From a virus, in IMG/VR virus record IMGVR_UViG_3300050343_000177, positions 1-64,000 of that record: a stretch of DNA of 64,000 nt; one strand, written 5' to 3'. The translations under genes were made by a program, and so were the position numbers. Below are positions 9,724 through 20,961 of this stretch, piece after piece. The notes beneath the pieces were generated by a model. That model was given only the letters and a program-made list of their open reading frames with translations, was not told where the DNA came from and made no database searches. Within the stretch, counting starts at the first letter, position 1. Every line of letters begins with the position of its first letter.

Positions 9724-10299
9724 CTATGATTTGTTGAAATATGCTTTATGCATTGCCAAACCTGCTGCCTGCGCTGCGTTTACGTCTTTGCCTGCACGTA
9801 AGCGGTCGTACTCTGCATTCAATTGTGAAGCAGTCATATCTTTGTAGTTTTGCGCCTTAGTCTTAGCTTCTGAACGCTCAGGTGTTGAAGTACTTTTACT
9901 TGTTGCTGCTAATCCGTTTGTAATAGCGGCATCACTTAGTACTGTATTTTGATCGTTACCGTGCATAAGTAACAGTTCATATTTCTTGCCGTCTTTTTCG
10001 ATTGCGTATTGATTAGTAATACCACCACCTTTGTCGTTAAAAGTAGTTAGGAAAGAACCGTCAACATCAATCTTTGTCCCTAGTTCTGTTGCATAATCAA
10101 CGCCTTTATGTATGTAGCTTCCACGGTCTGCTCCGTATGGACTAGTCATTGTGAATTGATTTAATCCCTTGCCTCCGCTACTGAGGTATCCAGTGAAGCT
10201 AGTTGGGTCAGTATAACCTCCGGCATCTACGTCCCAAACACGAAAGTCTAAATGAGGTCCTGTTGATCTACCGGAATTGCCTGTATAAAAACTAGCCAT
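9724..10299 (-). CDS. M23-like peptidase domain protein
   Basis: TGNSGRSTGPHLDF and TSPYG.R...HKGVDY motifs. Confidence 0.65.
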   Translation of the reverse strand: MASFYTGNSGRSTGPHLDFRVWDVDAGGYTDPTSFTGYLSSGGKGLNQFTMTSPYGADRGSYIHKGVDYATELGTKIDVDGSFLTTFNDKGGGITNQYAIEKDGKKYELLLMHGNDQNTVLSDAAITNGLAATSKSTSTPERSEAKTKAQNYKDMTASQLNAEYDRLRAGKDVNAAQAAGLAMHKAYFNKS

Positions 10300-10313
10300 T
10301 TTACTTGTGCTCT

Positions 10314-10574
10314 TTAATCCAAGTCCATTTCTGCGTGCATCAAGTCACTGAGGTTAGAGACTTGAGCGCAAGCATTCATAATCAAGCCGCGTTGGTTAGC
10401 GGTCAAGTTATCTGCGTCTATTGCATCTTCAGATAAGACGACTGAGATATCACCGAGCGCCATAATAATTGCTGGTAGTCCCCACTTTTCGACAAGTGAC
10501 GACATAGCAGAAAGCAAAGGATTCTCACCTGTCTCTACTGATTTCCAGAATTGTTCGCGTTCTTCAACGGTCAT
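10314..10574 (-). CDS. Hypothetical protein
   Basis: 86-aa ORF with TAGAAT -10 box upstream. Confidence 0.55.
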   Translation of the reverse strand: MTVEEREQFWKSVETGENPLLSAMSSLVEKWGLPAIIMALGDISVVLSEDAIDADNLTANQRGLIMNACAQVSNLSDLMHAEMDLD

Positions 10575-10635
10575 ATAGCTAAAGTCATATACAACTATTC
10601 TACCTATTAGAATGTCTGTAGTTGATATTAATTAT

Positions 10636-11334
10636 ATGGCTAACATAAGTAAGCAAGACTTCAAGAATTTTTTCAAGTACTACAAAGAAGAATCTCAACA
10701 GGTTGCTGGCTGTTGAAATTTTGTTTGATCAGATGCGTGATGTACTGAAGAGCGACGAGCACGCTTGGATTACGACGTATCGTTCTAAGCCAGAAGCAGT
10801 TAGTATAGTAATCCGTTAGATGTGCCTTATCAAAGTCAGAATGATAATGCGAGTGGCACTGGATACCGTGAGTGCTTTAGCTCTAGCTGTGCCATGGTCG
10901 CCATGTATTACGGCAAGATTGCTAATGATGATGCTTATAACCTTATCAGGCAGAAGTATGGAGATAGTACTGATGCACAAGCACAGCTAAGAACACTGCG
11001 TTCATTAGGACTTGAGGCTAACTTTATTACGAACGGAACGACATGTGATATCCGTGATTGCATTGATGCTGGACGTCCAGTCCCTGTCGGTTGGCTGCAC
11101 CATGGCTCTGTTTCTGCTCCTAGTGGTGGCGGTCATTACTCAGTCATTGTCGGATATACCAAAACAGCGTGGATTGTCCACGATCCAAATGGTGAGGCTA
11201 AGCTTGATACTGGTGGATACACCAATAACTTACAGGGTTCTTACTTGAAGTATAGCTTCAGTAACTTCAACCCAAGGTTTATTGTTGAAGGGGAAGGTTC
11301 AGCCTGGTACATGGATATTAGGCTTCCGAAATAA
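10636..11334 (+). CDS. C39-like peptidase, putative endolysin (N-terminal frameshifts)
   Basis: VPYQSQ.DN, RECFSSSCAM (Cys), GGGHYSVIVGY (His), VHDP (Asp). Confidence 0.8.
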
Positions 11335-11468
11335 CTTTAGTTCTATAAGCACGAAGCACAACATATTAACCCCAAAGTTGTTAAACATTAGCTAGACCTA
11401 AGGTGTTAATGTCTATAAGATATGAATAAGCCTCTGCCTACACAAAAAGAGCTTTTAAATCCAGCATA

Positions 11469-13318
11469 TTAATATTTAGAAATTAGAGGAAGTTGGCCAT
11501 CAACATTGGTATCCCGGTCTTCTAAAAGAATGGTTTTAGTGCCTAAGTTGCTCTGCTCAATTTGCGTTGGAACCTCAAAGCGTACAAATGTGTTTCCTTT
11601 AATTATTGCATTACCACCAAACCCCCTAACGCCAAATAGGCTACATCTGATGTAGTTATTGGAAATGTCAATATCCAGGGCGTCTCCTCCGCCATTGTCT
11701 GCTGGATCTTGTGCATTGGCAGTGAATTTAGAGATACCAGATGTTCCGATCAAAGTGTTTCCAGAGATTCTAAAGAATCCTTTTGTCTTACTGGCTTGGC
11801 CACCTATAACACAATTTCCATTTAATGAAAATCCAAGATCAATAACGTTATTTGATACAGTGCAATCAATCAAGTCTTTAGCTAGTTCAAGGCCATAGCC
11901 TCCAAACCCCTGCACGGTACGCAAAGTGTTATTGCTGACAAATGTGTTCTTCTGCATCGTGAGGCTCACAGCAGCGTTAACACCGCTGATTGTATTGTTT
12001 ATGAATACACCTCCCATGTTGAGCCTATCTGAAGAAGATCTGCTTCTGTATGTGTTAGGCGTGCATTCAAAAGCCCAATGCCCACCAATAAGAGTATTGT
12101 TACTGAATACATATTTGTCCCATTGAGTGCCACCAATATTCTTAACTCGTACTCCGTAATTGTAGAATGATTGCCCGTCGTATGGATCACCTAGTCTATC
12201 CGTTACATTGCCGTCATAAAGGTAAGTAGAGTCAGCAATATTATTTGCAATAAAAGCTTTATAAAGACCACTAGCCATAAGCAATGAGCCTGTGTTCCAT
12301 GCCTGGCAGTTAGTAATGGTTGCGTTCTGCATAAGCTCAGCGGGCGTGTCTACAACATCAGGGAAATTAAAAACTATCCCAGATCTTTCCCGACAATTAC
12401 GAAACTCACACCCATCAAAAAGAGAATCTTTATTGACTTCACTGCCATTATTATTACAACTAAATACACCTTTAAGATTTGGAAGGAGTTCCAGTGTCGA
12501 TGCTGCTGCATTGACTAGCTTAAATAGCGTGAAATTTTGGACGTAAAACTCTGTAGGAAGGGCAGGCTCACGTTCTCCGCTGGGGTTTGTTCTTAAAAAC
12601 GTCAGACGAACTTTAAACTGTGTAATTCCAGTACCAGTAAAAGATGAGTTCCAAGCTAGAGGGATAGGAAAAGTACCAGAAAGGCTTTCAATACTGGAAG
12701 GAGACCACGTTCTAACAAAAGTACCATCAGCTTTGTATAACTCAAATTTTATTGATTGGACATATCCAGCTTGTCTAAACAACGGCTTGGATTGGTCTGT
12801 GTGAATACAATAAAATTCAGAACCAGTAGTGTTAGGAATTTGAATCAGCTGGCTCGCAATTTGGAAGGTGGTATCAAAGTCACTATCAGGAGTAATCGTA
12901 ACGAAAGCCCCCTTACTAGACTGGCCAGATGACCAATTCTTGTTTACAGTTACAGAGCTTCCGTCGACAGTACCTGTTAAACTTCCATTTGATGACCAAA
13001 ATCTTTAACACTTACATACTGTTCCAACCTTACCTGTAAGGTCTGTTCTACTCCACCGGTGTAAGTATAAACTTGGGATGCATCTATTAAAGCATCAATC
13101 TCTTGTTTCTGTAATGCTTGAGTGTCACTACCACCACCAGGTAGTGTGAGTTGTCCAGTCATTGTATCGCCAATAACTTGAACAAAACCTGAGTCAGGCA
13201 TTGAGACCCCAGTCCAGTGACCATTTGGCGGAGCTCCAATGTAAGTATAAATAACACCTGTATCTGCAACGAACTCTTGTCCATCTGCTGTTGCTACTGG
13301 AAAATCTAACTTAGCCAT
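11469..13318 (-). CDS. Tailspike/beta-helix tail fibre (interrupted near 12970, C-terminus probably truncated)
   Basis: LDFP..DGQ, GDTMTGQL, QTLQVRLEQYVSVKDFG; many SNN beta-helix rungs. Confidence 0.7.
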
Positions 13319-13538
13319 TATGAAAAACCTATGATATCAACATTTTAACAATTGAATAGTTCACATAGGTTTTAGGTATATCAAGCAATATCGACTGCAT
13401 TGTGTGAAAGTAAAGCGTTATGTTTACGTGAAGAATTATCTCGGTGGGTTTCATGTGAAATACCCGGGTTAATACGCAGGCGTGATGCTGAAGTTAAGCT
13501 TGCGGTTTAGACAAAATGGTATTGACATATTAAGCAGT

Positions 13539-15551
13539 TCAAGGTGAAGAGCTAGTAATCATCCATTTATTATCCCCATTATTATCCTTGATGTATCTAA
13601 ATGATATTGAAGATAATGCTCCTGTTCCAGTCTTTGCTACAAATCCGTTAGTCACATAGATTGAATCAAAGACCACAGTTGCTGCAGTTTCGCTGGTTTG
13701 CTGTAAAACGAAATGTAATTCATCACCATAGGACGGTACGTAATCATTACTAGGCGCATTGATAGTTACGCCACTTTTCAATGCTACAAAGACTGATCCC
13801 CTGAGTGAGCTTTGATAAGATTGGGAAAATGGAGTGTATTGACTGTTTGTATTATTACCTGTCCCATGCGCAACACTTTGCAGCATTGGGCGAGTAGTTG
13901 CCCCAGTTGCTTGAATGATTTTAGGCCAGTTTCCGGTAATCTTATATGAGTCAGTGTTGAGAAAAACTGAACCACTCCCCGATACACACACCTCAGTGCC
14001 CATCCCTGTAGCGTTTGTACCGCTAATGAATGTTGGTTTAAGTGTTGATGTAAATACCCTGATTGCAGACATTGTTCCGCCATTGCTATCGGCAACCTGC
14101 CTGCATCCAAGAAGGTTTCCTGCTCCACCTGATTCAACGACCGAAATACCAGAACGTTGAAGGACTGAATTACGCTCAATGCTGCTTGCTGCGTTATACC
14201 ACTGAGCCCAATCGCCTTTGTATGGGTCGCCAATCGAACCATCGCCTGAACCATCACCTGATGTCCCTGACCAGCGTTTGCCGTCGTGGTCAAAAAATCC
14301 TCGCCCGGTTGGGTCTCCCCAAGTACTATCTGAATATTGCTGCCAGCAATTTTCGGCATGGTGGTGAAGAATATTGCAACCACTAAATGTACCGTTGTAA
14401 TACAGACCGTGCTGCCAAGATGTGAGAGTCGTGTTGTTCCTTAGTGTTACGTCACCAGATCCGTCAGTGATCGAAATACCGTTCAATCCACCTCTAATGT
14501 TGTTACTGTCAATTGTCATTGAGGAGATTTTTCTAGAGGCACCACCCGAGCCGCCAGTTCCACCGATAACGTCAGCTTGGGTTACCAGCAATGATGGAAC
14601 TGTGGGGACGTAAGTCACTGCAGGATCATTGCCGTCGCCTTGCGTACTTGAGATATAGCATTCTTTAATAACACATTCAAAAGTGTTTCCTGATACGCAT
14701 AAACCCCGATTTGATGTGTACAGCCTTTCTAATACAAATCCATAAAGGAATGCACCGGAGGTTGAATATCCACCATCAAGTATCATGGCGTATTCATCAT
14801 AGTTGCCGCTAATGCTAAGTCCTGATATATGCAGCTGGCGCATCAACTTGCCTTGAGTATCAAGGTTAAGGACTAAGCCGAATCGGGATGCATCAACACC
14901 AGTAGTTGCAAAAGTGAACTTTAAACGACCACCTAAGCCGATTAACGAATTACCTAAGAGATTCTCAGTCATGTTCTGCACTGCAGAAATTGCTGCAGTA
15001 CAGTTATATTCACCTGTTGGGAACGTTAATGACCGTCGTGAAGCACCCGCCCACCAGTCAAAAGCTGTTTGTATATCAGCTGTGCAATCGTAAGTGCTCG
15101 TGCCACTTATAATGTCGGCGTGCTCATCTTCAGGAATAAAATCGAGAACACTAACAACCTCTTCTAGCTTATCTTTTAACGTTCTAGGCTCACCACCTGT
15201 GAAAGTATAAACTTGGGATCCATCACTATCAGGACTAGCATCTACCCATTGTGCAGTATTGCCATCATTATAATAAATATATAGACGTCCATCATCTGCA
15301 TTAAACCAAAGGTTACCAGGAAGAGGATTTGCTGGTGGATTACTTGTTGATGGTAATTCTACTTGACCGTCGTCTGAAATGTTGCCAATACCAGCAACGC
15401 GAATGATATTACCAGCTTCATCTTTCAGAAAGATTGCGGGGTCTGCTGTATTGTAATTAACGGCTAATTCACCGAACTCCATTTGAGCTGAGGTTGGTTC
15501 CTTTGCTGCACCACCGTCAAGAACGTTTGAACGCTTTAGTTGAATTTTCAA
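13539..15551 (-). CDS. Tail fibre/tailspike with pectin-lyase-like beta-helix
   Basis: MKIQLKRS..GELAVN, GNLWF..GRLYIYY..QWVDA, RTLKDKLEEVVSVLDF. Confidence 0.8.
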   Translation of the reverse strand: MKIQLKRSNVLDGGAAKEPTSAQMEFGELAVNYNTADPAIFLKDEAGNIIRVAGIGNISDDGQVELPSTSNPPANPLPGNLWFNADDGRLYIYYNDGNTAQWVDASPDSDGSQVYTFTGGEPRTLKDKLEEVVSVLDFIPEDEHADIISGTSTYDCTADIQTAFDWWAGASRRSLTFPTGEYNCTAAISAVQNMTENLLGNSLIGLGGRLKFTFATTGVDASRFGLVLNLDTQGKLMRQLHISGLSISGNYDEYAMILDGGYSTSGAFLYGFVLERLYTSNRGLCVSGNTFECVIKECYISSTQGDGNDPAVTYVPTVPSLLVTQADVIGGTGGSGGASRKISSMTIDSNNIRGGLNGISITDGSGDVTLRNNTTLTSWQHGLYYNGTFSGCNILHHHAENCWQQYSDSTWGDPTGRGFFDHDGKRWSGTSGDGSGDGSIGDPYKGDWAQWYNAASSIERNSVLQRSGISVVESGGAGNLLGCRQVADSNGGTMSAIRVFTSTLKPTFISGTNATGMGTEVCVSGSGSVFLNTDSYKITGNWPKIIQATGATTRPMLQSVAHGTGNNTNSQYTPFSQSYQSSLRGSVFVALKSGVTINAPSNDYVPSYGDELHFVLQQTSETAATVVFDSIYVTNGFVAKTGTGALSSISFRYIKDNNGDNKWMITSSSP

Positions 15552-15800
15552 TTTACTTTCCTCGCTAAAAAGCTATTTCTAAATAGGAGTAATAATCCTA
15601 TGTATATATATTAACTAGAAACAACAGCGTCAAAATTATTAGTAGCACCTGAAGTTCCGCTGCCTCCACCGGGTCCTGCTATTTTATCAGGATTACTGAC
15701 GCGATATTTCGGTGGTCCTGCTGCGGGATTTGGATTAACGACAATATATACTCTGTTATATGCGTATTCAATGTCACCAGGTGCAGGTTTTGCTATTTGA

Positions 15801-16034
15801 TTACTCTTTCGGCATCTCTATTTTATCTGATGTGAAAAGTGTGTATCCATCTTGAACCATCAGTTGTTTCACTGCGATTTCAAGCAAGTGTTGATACTGA
15901 GTAAATAGTCTGGTGACATTAATGAGCTGCTTGCGTAGCTCTTCAACGTTTTCACAATGATTAATTTCATCGTTTACCATACGGAGCCGAAGCTCTTTCT
16001 CCATACTGATTTGAAAATCTTCTTTGCTAAACAT
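15801..16034 (-). CDS. nblA: NblA-like phycobilisome degradation adaptor (putative)
   Basis: 77 aa, ISMEKELRLR..I..C..VEELRKQL..VTR two-helix pattern resembling NblA (LSLEQ.F..R). Confidence 0.5.
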   Translation of the reverse strand: MFSKEDFQISMEKELRLRMVNDEINHCENVEELRKQLINVTRLFTQYQHLLEIAVKQLMVQDGYTLFTSDKIEMPKE

Positions 16035-16035
16035 A

Positions 16036-16248
16036 CTATTCTCCTTTCTTAGTTAAGGCTGACCCAGTAAGCAGGGCCAATGTTGTAGCAACCATCACGT
16101 TAAATGTTTGCTCATACCTATCACCTAGTTTAGGACAACTATTTAAACCACCGTTTTTCGCACAATAATAAAGTCCCAAACCAAAAATACTAGCTTGGAA
16201 TGTAAAGATTCCAGCAAGCATATAAAGCAGGAACTTCTCTTTAGACAT
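16036..16248 (-). CDS. Two-transmembrane small protein
   Basis: Two hydrophobic stretches around a C..C loop. Confidence 0.55.
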   Translation of the reverse strand: MSKEKFLLYMLAGIFTFQASIFGLGLYYCAKNGGLNSCPKLGDRYEQTFNVMVATTLALLTGSALTKKGE

Positions 16249-16441
16249 CAGAAGGTAAAGCCAGGTATATTCAATCGGTAAATTTGTTCATCTGATGCCA
16301 GGTGCACCATCAATAAGTCCGCTGATTGCGGAGGCATTCTAAGTGCGGCTCTAGCCATTCCATTCTTTTAACTATATTTAGCCTAACATATAGTAATGCT
16401 AAGTGCTAAGCATAACAGCTTGATTGTAATGCTATTATTGC

Positions 16442-18214
16442 TCAAAAGTTACTGTTGAGGATTACGTAAGCCAGTTCAATATCATCTAAGTTGAGACCTT
16501 GCGCTAATGCAAATACAATCTCTAGCGTTGTAATACCACCACGTCTATACGATGAGTTAAACCGTTGGCCGACTTCATCCATCTCTTTCGATAGTTTGTC
16601 TTCAAACTTTTCTCGTGTTTCAGCTGATGGATAAGAGTCAGGTTCTTTCACTTTGATTCTGTCTATGAACATAGCAGCGATTGAATGTTTACACATCTTG
16701 AAGCTCATCCGATGCTCTCTACTTTCCCAGCTTTCAATACGACCAGCAGCTTGCTGAGTACCTGTGCCTGTTAAGTCTTTTTGACCCATGACTGTTGGCA
16801 GCGGGTATCTCAGCTGCCTGTTTGTTTTCCTAGTGTTGGTATCATCTGTTTCCTGGGGTGATCGCAGTATTGCTTGTGCGTGGTTAGGACAACTACAGGT
16901 ATAAACTGTCGCAGGCTTTAGGGGATTGCCTGATGTAAATACTTCGTCCATCCAAGGGTCTACATCTGTATCTATACGTTCCCATTTTTTCTCACCTGGT
17001 TTACCTTGTTGATGATAGTAATCACCGTCATATTCATCTATAGATGACTTTGTAAAACTCCAATCAGCAAAAGATAAGGTTGCGTTAGTTACATCTGTAT
17101 ACATCTTAAATTCACCCTTGAAAGGTAAGGCGATGATGTCTACTGTATTTGCACCTGGTGCTTTTTGAATGCCTCGGATTGTAAACGGTAGTACTGTGTA
17201 TGAGCAGGACGTAATTTCTGTTTCGACACCTTCTGCTGAGAGATACTGTTTCCCGAAGAAACGTTGATAAAGTGATTTGTCATACTGGTATGTGCCTTTT
17301 AAATTTATACTTGTACTTGTTGTCTCTGCCAGTATTTCTAAGGATGATATGTCGTATAGTGATGGAGGCAGTTCTTCATTGCCGGGGTCTAATATTTTTA
17401 CAGTAGTGACGCCAATATCATCTTCAACTTCTACATTGAACATATATGTGTCGTCAACAAATATGATACTATCTACATCTGTTACGGGTTTCTCGTTATA
17501 GAACTCTTTGACGTATACAATTTTTCCAACATACTGTTGAATATCGTCAGATAAGCTTGCAGCATCTAATGTTGCTGTGATTTCAACAGGTGTCTCTACT
17601 GGTGACTTACCAATATATAGACCTGGATGTAGTAGATCGTTTAGTACATAATTTAAGGTTGCTTCAGTCTCACCATCTGTTAAACGCTCGCCAATCATCT
17701 CAAGTAGCAATCTACTGTCTGCGCCTGAATTACCTTGTACTAATATCTCTCTATTTGCTTTTTCGACTGGATATTTGAATGAATCATTCTTGACTGATGT
17801 TACAGTTACAAGGTCTACATCTGATTTAGTCTCACGTTTCATTACATAGTGATTGTTGCTGTCAGAGTTCTTTGTCGCAAACTTGTAACCAGAGAACGTT
17901 ACATCTACTTCATAGTCTGTGCCTTGATATAGCTTGGAATCAATTTCTGCTACTGAGTATTCTTGTGTGTATTGGTTCAGCGTCTCTAACTCATACCAAG
18001 CAGCACGGTTGTAATACTCGAAGCCTTTACGCCATTTCACCCAGTTACTATCTAGGTCATACGATTCAATGACACTGCGATGTACTGACGAACCATACCG
18101 CCTACTACTGGGATAGTAGCCAGCAGCACCAGCTTCTTTACCTTTGTGAACAGCTTTAGTTGGCTTGAAAGAGAGTGCGTTGGATTTACCAAAGCCGTTC
18201 TGCTTCCTTGGCAT
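16442..18214 (-). CDS. Large virion-module protein with SWIM-like zinc finger
   Basis: YTCSCP ... MCKHSIA (CxC..CxH). Confidence 0.6.
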   Translation of the reverse strand: MPRKQNGFGKSNALSFKPTKAVHKGKEAGAAGYYPSSRRYGSSVHRSVIESYDLDSNWVKWRKGFEYYNRAAWYELETLNQYTQEYSVAEIDSKLYQGTDYEVDVTFSGYKFATKNSDSNNHYVMKRETKSDVDLVTVTSVKNDSFKYPVEKANREILVQGNSGADSRLLLEMIGERLTDGETEATLNYVLNDLLHPGLYIGKSPVETPVEITATLDAASLSDDIQQYVGKIVYVKEFYNEKPVTDVDSIIFVDDTYMFNVEVEDDIGVTTVKILDPGNEELPPSLYDISSLEILAETTSTSINLKGTYQYDKSLYQRFFGKQYLSAEGVETEITSCSYTVLPFTIRGIQKAPGANTVDIIALPFKGEFKMYTDVTNATLSFADWSFTKSSIDEYDGDYYHQQGKPGEKKWERIDTDVDPWMDEVFTSGNPLKPATVYTCSCPNHAQAILRSPQETDDTNTRKTNRQLRYPLPTVMGQKDLTGTGTQQAAGRIESWESREHRMSFKMCKHSIAAMFIDRIKVKEPDSYPSAETREKFEDKLSKEMDEVGQRFNSSYRRGGITTLEIVFALAQGLNLDDIELAYVILNSNF

Positions 18215-18681
18215 TAATACCAGCCACCTTGGATGCCCAAGTTAGGACCATCAGAGACTGCTCCACCAGTTGACTGTCTTGCTGCCCAGAGTGCTTTACC
18301 TTTAGGTATATACAGTGCTCGATTGTAAGCGTCATCGCCTACTTGAGGCACTGGTGTGAGAACTTGGGGAAGTTCAAAAACTGTTAATGTACCAATAGTT
18401 GTACTAGATACTACTGAACCAAAGTAAAATCCTTGATTAGGTCTCAAGTAATCATTAGCAGTACTCAGAAACAAATTAACAGTATAAGCTGTTTCACCTC
18501 TTGAGATTAAATACAGTGTTTCAATTACTGCACCATCAGCTCCTGTTGAATCCAAAAGCAACTCAGCAGTGTTAGAACCACTTACATTAATAGTATCATT
18601 TGTTGCTAAGTCTAAGTTTACGATTGTATGTAATACGTGGTCTACCAGAAGTGGTTGCTTGTTTGTAGATGTTGATGCCAT
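18214..18681 (-). CDS. Putative virion structural protein
   Basis: 155-aa beta-rich ORF, translationally coupled, ends GGWY. Confidence 0.6.
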   Translation of the reverse strand: MASTSTNKQPLLVDHVLHTIVNLDLATNDTINVSGSNTAELLLDSTGADGAVIETLYLISRGETAYTVNLFLSTANDYLRPNQGFYFGSVVSSTTIGTLTVFELPQVLTPVPQVGDDAYNRALYIPKGKALWAARQSTGGAVSDGPNLGIQGGWY

Positions 18682-18683
18682 TT

Positions 18684-19262
18684 TTACTTCCTCTTTTTCT
18701 TAATTGTTGTTTTACTTGAGCCTGGGGTCATTGGATTCATTGAGTTCTGTGGTGCCATTCCACCTGCTGCTTGTTCAGCGCTTTGCATGCCTTGCATCAT
18801 TGGTGGACCTGAGCTTCCAGGGAAAGCACCAGGGAAAGCACCAGGGGCTGGTTGTGCAGGCATACCTGTCATCCCCATTGGACCTGCATTCAAGCCGTAT
18901 TTAGAAGCATCACCTGCAAGTCTTCCAGATTCCATACCATCGGGAACCATTGATACTCCTGAGGTATCAGGCTGCTGTTGCATTCCAAAGGGAGCTTGTG
19001 AATTTAAGCCGCGACCTGTAGGGAAGAACTGTGGCAATCCTGAGTTATCAACGTTCATTGGGTTGACCATTCCGGTACCCATCTGTGCATAGTTCTGCTG
19101 ATAGTCACCAGAGATACTTGTTGCTTGGATTGCCGGAGATGCATTGTCAGTTACATTCATCGCATTGTTATTCTCAGGTCCACCTGGGACAACTGCCATG
19201 TTCTTATTGATTTTAAATCTCTGAGGGTCAAGCACTCGTGCGTTATCTTCTTTGTTAGGCAT
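18684..19262 (-). CDS. Low-complexity M/P/G/Q-rich protein
   Basis: 192-aa ORF in the late operon. Confidence 0.6.
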   Translation of the reverse strand: MPNKEDNARVLDPQRFKINKNMAVVPGGPENNNAMNVTDNASPAIQATSISGDYQQNYAQMGTGMVNPMNVDNSGLPQFFPTGRGLNSQAPFGMQQQPDTSGVSMVPDGMESGRLAGDASKYGLNAGPMGMTGMPAQPAPGAFPGAFPGSSGPPMMQGMQSAEQAAGGMAPQNSMNPMTPGSSKTTIKKKRK

Positions 19263-19263
19263 C

Positions 19264-19734
19264 TCAAACCTCCCGGTTACGATTGTTTAGACCAGGAAAT
19301 CCTTGGCCGCCTTTAGCCATGTTATAAAGACGATTTTCTATGTTTGTCGTTCCAAATTGTGGCTCATTCATTTTAAGACGATTAGAAAGAGCGTCTGTCT
19401 CCATTTCTTCTGGATCTTGCTGTGGAACAATAGTGCTAGAAACTTGTGTATCTACACTACCAGTCTGATGCTGTGGTGTTGCTTGATTACCAGGGCTATC
19501 TTTATAAGCAAAGGTTCCTGCCCCTTGAATTAGTTCGTTGACTGGAATATTACTATTACCGTATGTGGTACGGTCACCTCTTACAGCCTCACCAATGCCA
19601 CCATCCATTGCTGATTGAACGCCTTGGATGTATGCATTCTCGCCAGCTTGACGCATTGCATTACTTGCATCAATTTTATTCTGTCGTCTATCACGACCCA
19701 TCATAATTTTCTGAGTCCCCGGCATTACAGTCAT
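19264..19734 (-). CDS. Hypothetical protein
   Basis: 156-aa ORF with TAGAAT -10 box upstream. Confidence 0.6.
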   Translation of the reverse strand: MTVMPGTQKIMMGRDRRQNKIDASNAMRQAGENAYIQGVQSAMDGGIGEAVRGDRTTYGNSNIPVNELIQGAGTFAYKDSPGNQATPQHQTGSVDTQVSSTIVPQQDPEEMETDALSNRLKMNEPQFGTTNIENRLYNMAKGGQGFPGLNNRNREV

Positions 19735-19769
19735 AACTTTACTACTTCATTGCTAAATCTATTCTACAC

Positions 19770-20267
19770 TTAACGCCACTCATTGTTAAGCATGATTCGT
19801 GAGCCTATTGCAGTATCAGCAGGGCCAGGTACGGCCATAATGAATTCAGAACCAGCTCGTTCGAATGCGTAGCGACGCACTTCAGGCCTTCTATAGTTAG
19901 GAACATACAATGTCTCCGCTAAACGGTCTACTTCACGCAAATAAATTTCACGGAAGTATTCATCACCTTTAAGAGGATCGGACGTATTGATTGTCCGTTG
20001 TACGTCTCCACTAATTATTTCCTGACGTGAAGGATTCAGAATACGGCTGCCGTCAGCATCAAAGTAATCATCTGGAATTGCAGCACTTGCTTTCCAAGCA
20101 ATGTCGCAACGTTTAATGTGATACACAATTTCGTTATACCAAAGCTCGTCTGGCACTAATGCCATTGCTTCTTCTAATCGTGCACGGTCACCAGCAGGAA
20201 TCTGAGCACCTGAATTAAAACCAAGGTGATAACGAGTTTTAGACTTGAGATATTCGTCTAACTGCAT
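19770..20267 (-). CDS. Putative head-closure/adaptor protein
   Basis: KSKTRYHLG N-terminus, Y.REVDRLAETL.VPNY; downstream of capsid genes. Confidence 0.55.
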   Translation of the reverse strand: MQLDEYLKSKTRYHLGFNSGAQIPAGDRARLEEAMALVPDELWYNEIVYHIKRCDIAWKASAAIPDDYFDADGSRILNPSRQEIISGDVQRTINTSDPLKGDEYFREIYLREVDRLAETLYVPNYRRPEVRRYAFERAGSEFIMAVPGPADTAIGSRIMLNNEWR

Positions 20268-20268
20268 A

Positions 20269-20604
20269 TCACATACCTGGGTTGTTGTAAATATCTTTTA
20301 GGACTGACTGCAATTGATTGCGGTCCATAGGATTCAGTGTTCCTTGTGCTTGCATCTTTGCAAGAATGGCAGCTGCTGGTGACTCTTGCACCATCATTTG
20401 ACGTGCGCCCATACCTAGGCCACCACCAAGGATTGCTCCAACAAGTCCACCTGCCATACGTCCACGTGCTCCGCCAATGCCGGGCAATGCACCAAGCACA
20501 CCACCGACTGCTGCACCGCCACCCATAGCAACGGCTGGATCTGGACGTTTCTCAGCATCGGCCAAAGCCTTTGCCATCAAGATATCTTCGATACTGCTAG
20601 CCAT
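20269..20604 (-). CDS. Glycine-zipper protein
   Basis: GGGAAVGGVLG..GGLVGAILGGGLG. Confidence 0.6.
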   Translation of the reverse strand: MASSIEDILMAKALADAEKRPDPAVAMGGGAAVGGVLGALPGIGGARGRMAGGLVGAILGGGLGMGARQMMVQESPAAAILAKMQAQGTLNPMDRNQLQSVLKDIYNNPGM

Positions 20605-20657
20605 TGTCTAAGACACTAATACTATTAATAGTTTAACTAATAAAGATTAAGTCCTTT

Positions 20658-20931
20658 TCAGAAAGGAATGTCTCCAGTACTGAACTCGCTAATCCTTGCT
20701 CGTGCAAAATTCTGTGCTTCTTTAGCTCTGATTACTCCATCAAGTTAATCTAATAACTACTTGTATCTTCTCTGGAGAAGTACCATGTTCAACTAACAAG
20801 TCATAGTAGTCGTGTAATTGTACATCCACGTCTACTGGATCGAGTCCTGATCGTATCATACGATCTTGTAACCCTTCTGCATTCATAGCGGATGCAGTAG
20901 GTCCAACTTGAAAGTTGATTCCTTTCTTCAT
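20658..20931 (-). CDS. Inserted hypothetical gene (frameshifted)
   Basis: ORF 20740-20931 continues in another frame to ..GDIPF*; bracketed by a 26-bp direct repeat. Confidence 0.5.
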
Positions 20932-20961
20932 GATTATCAGTCACTCATGTCAATTACCAGT

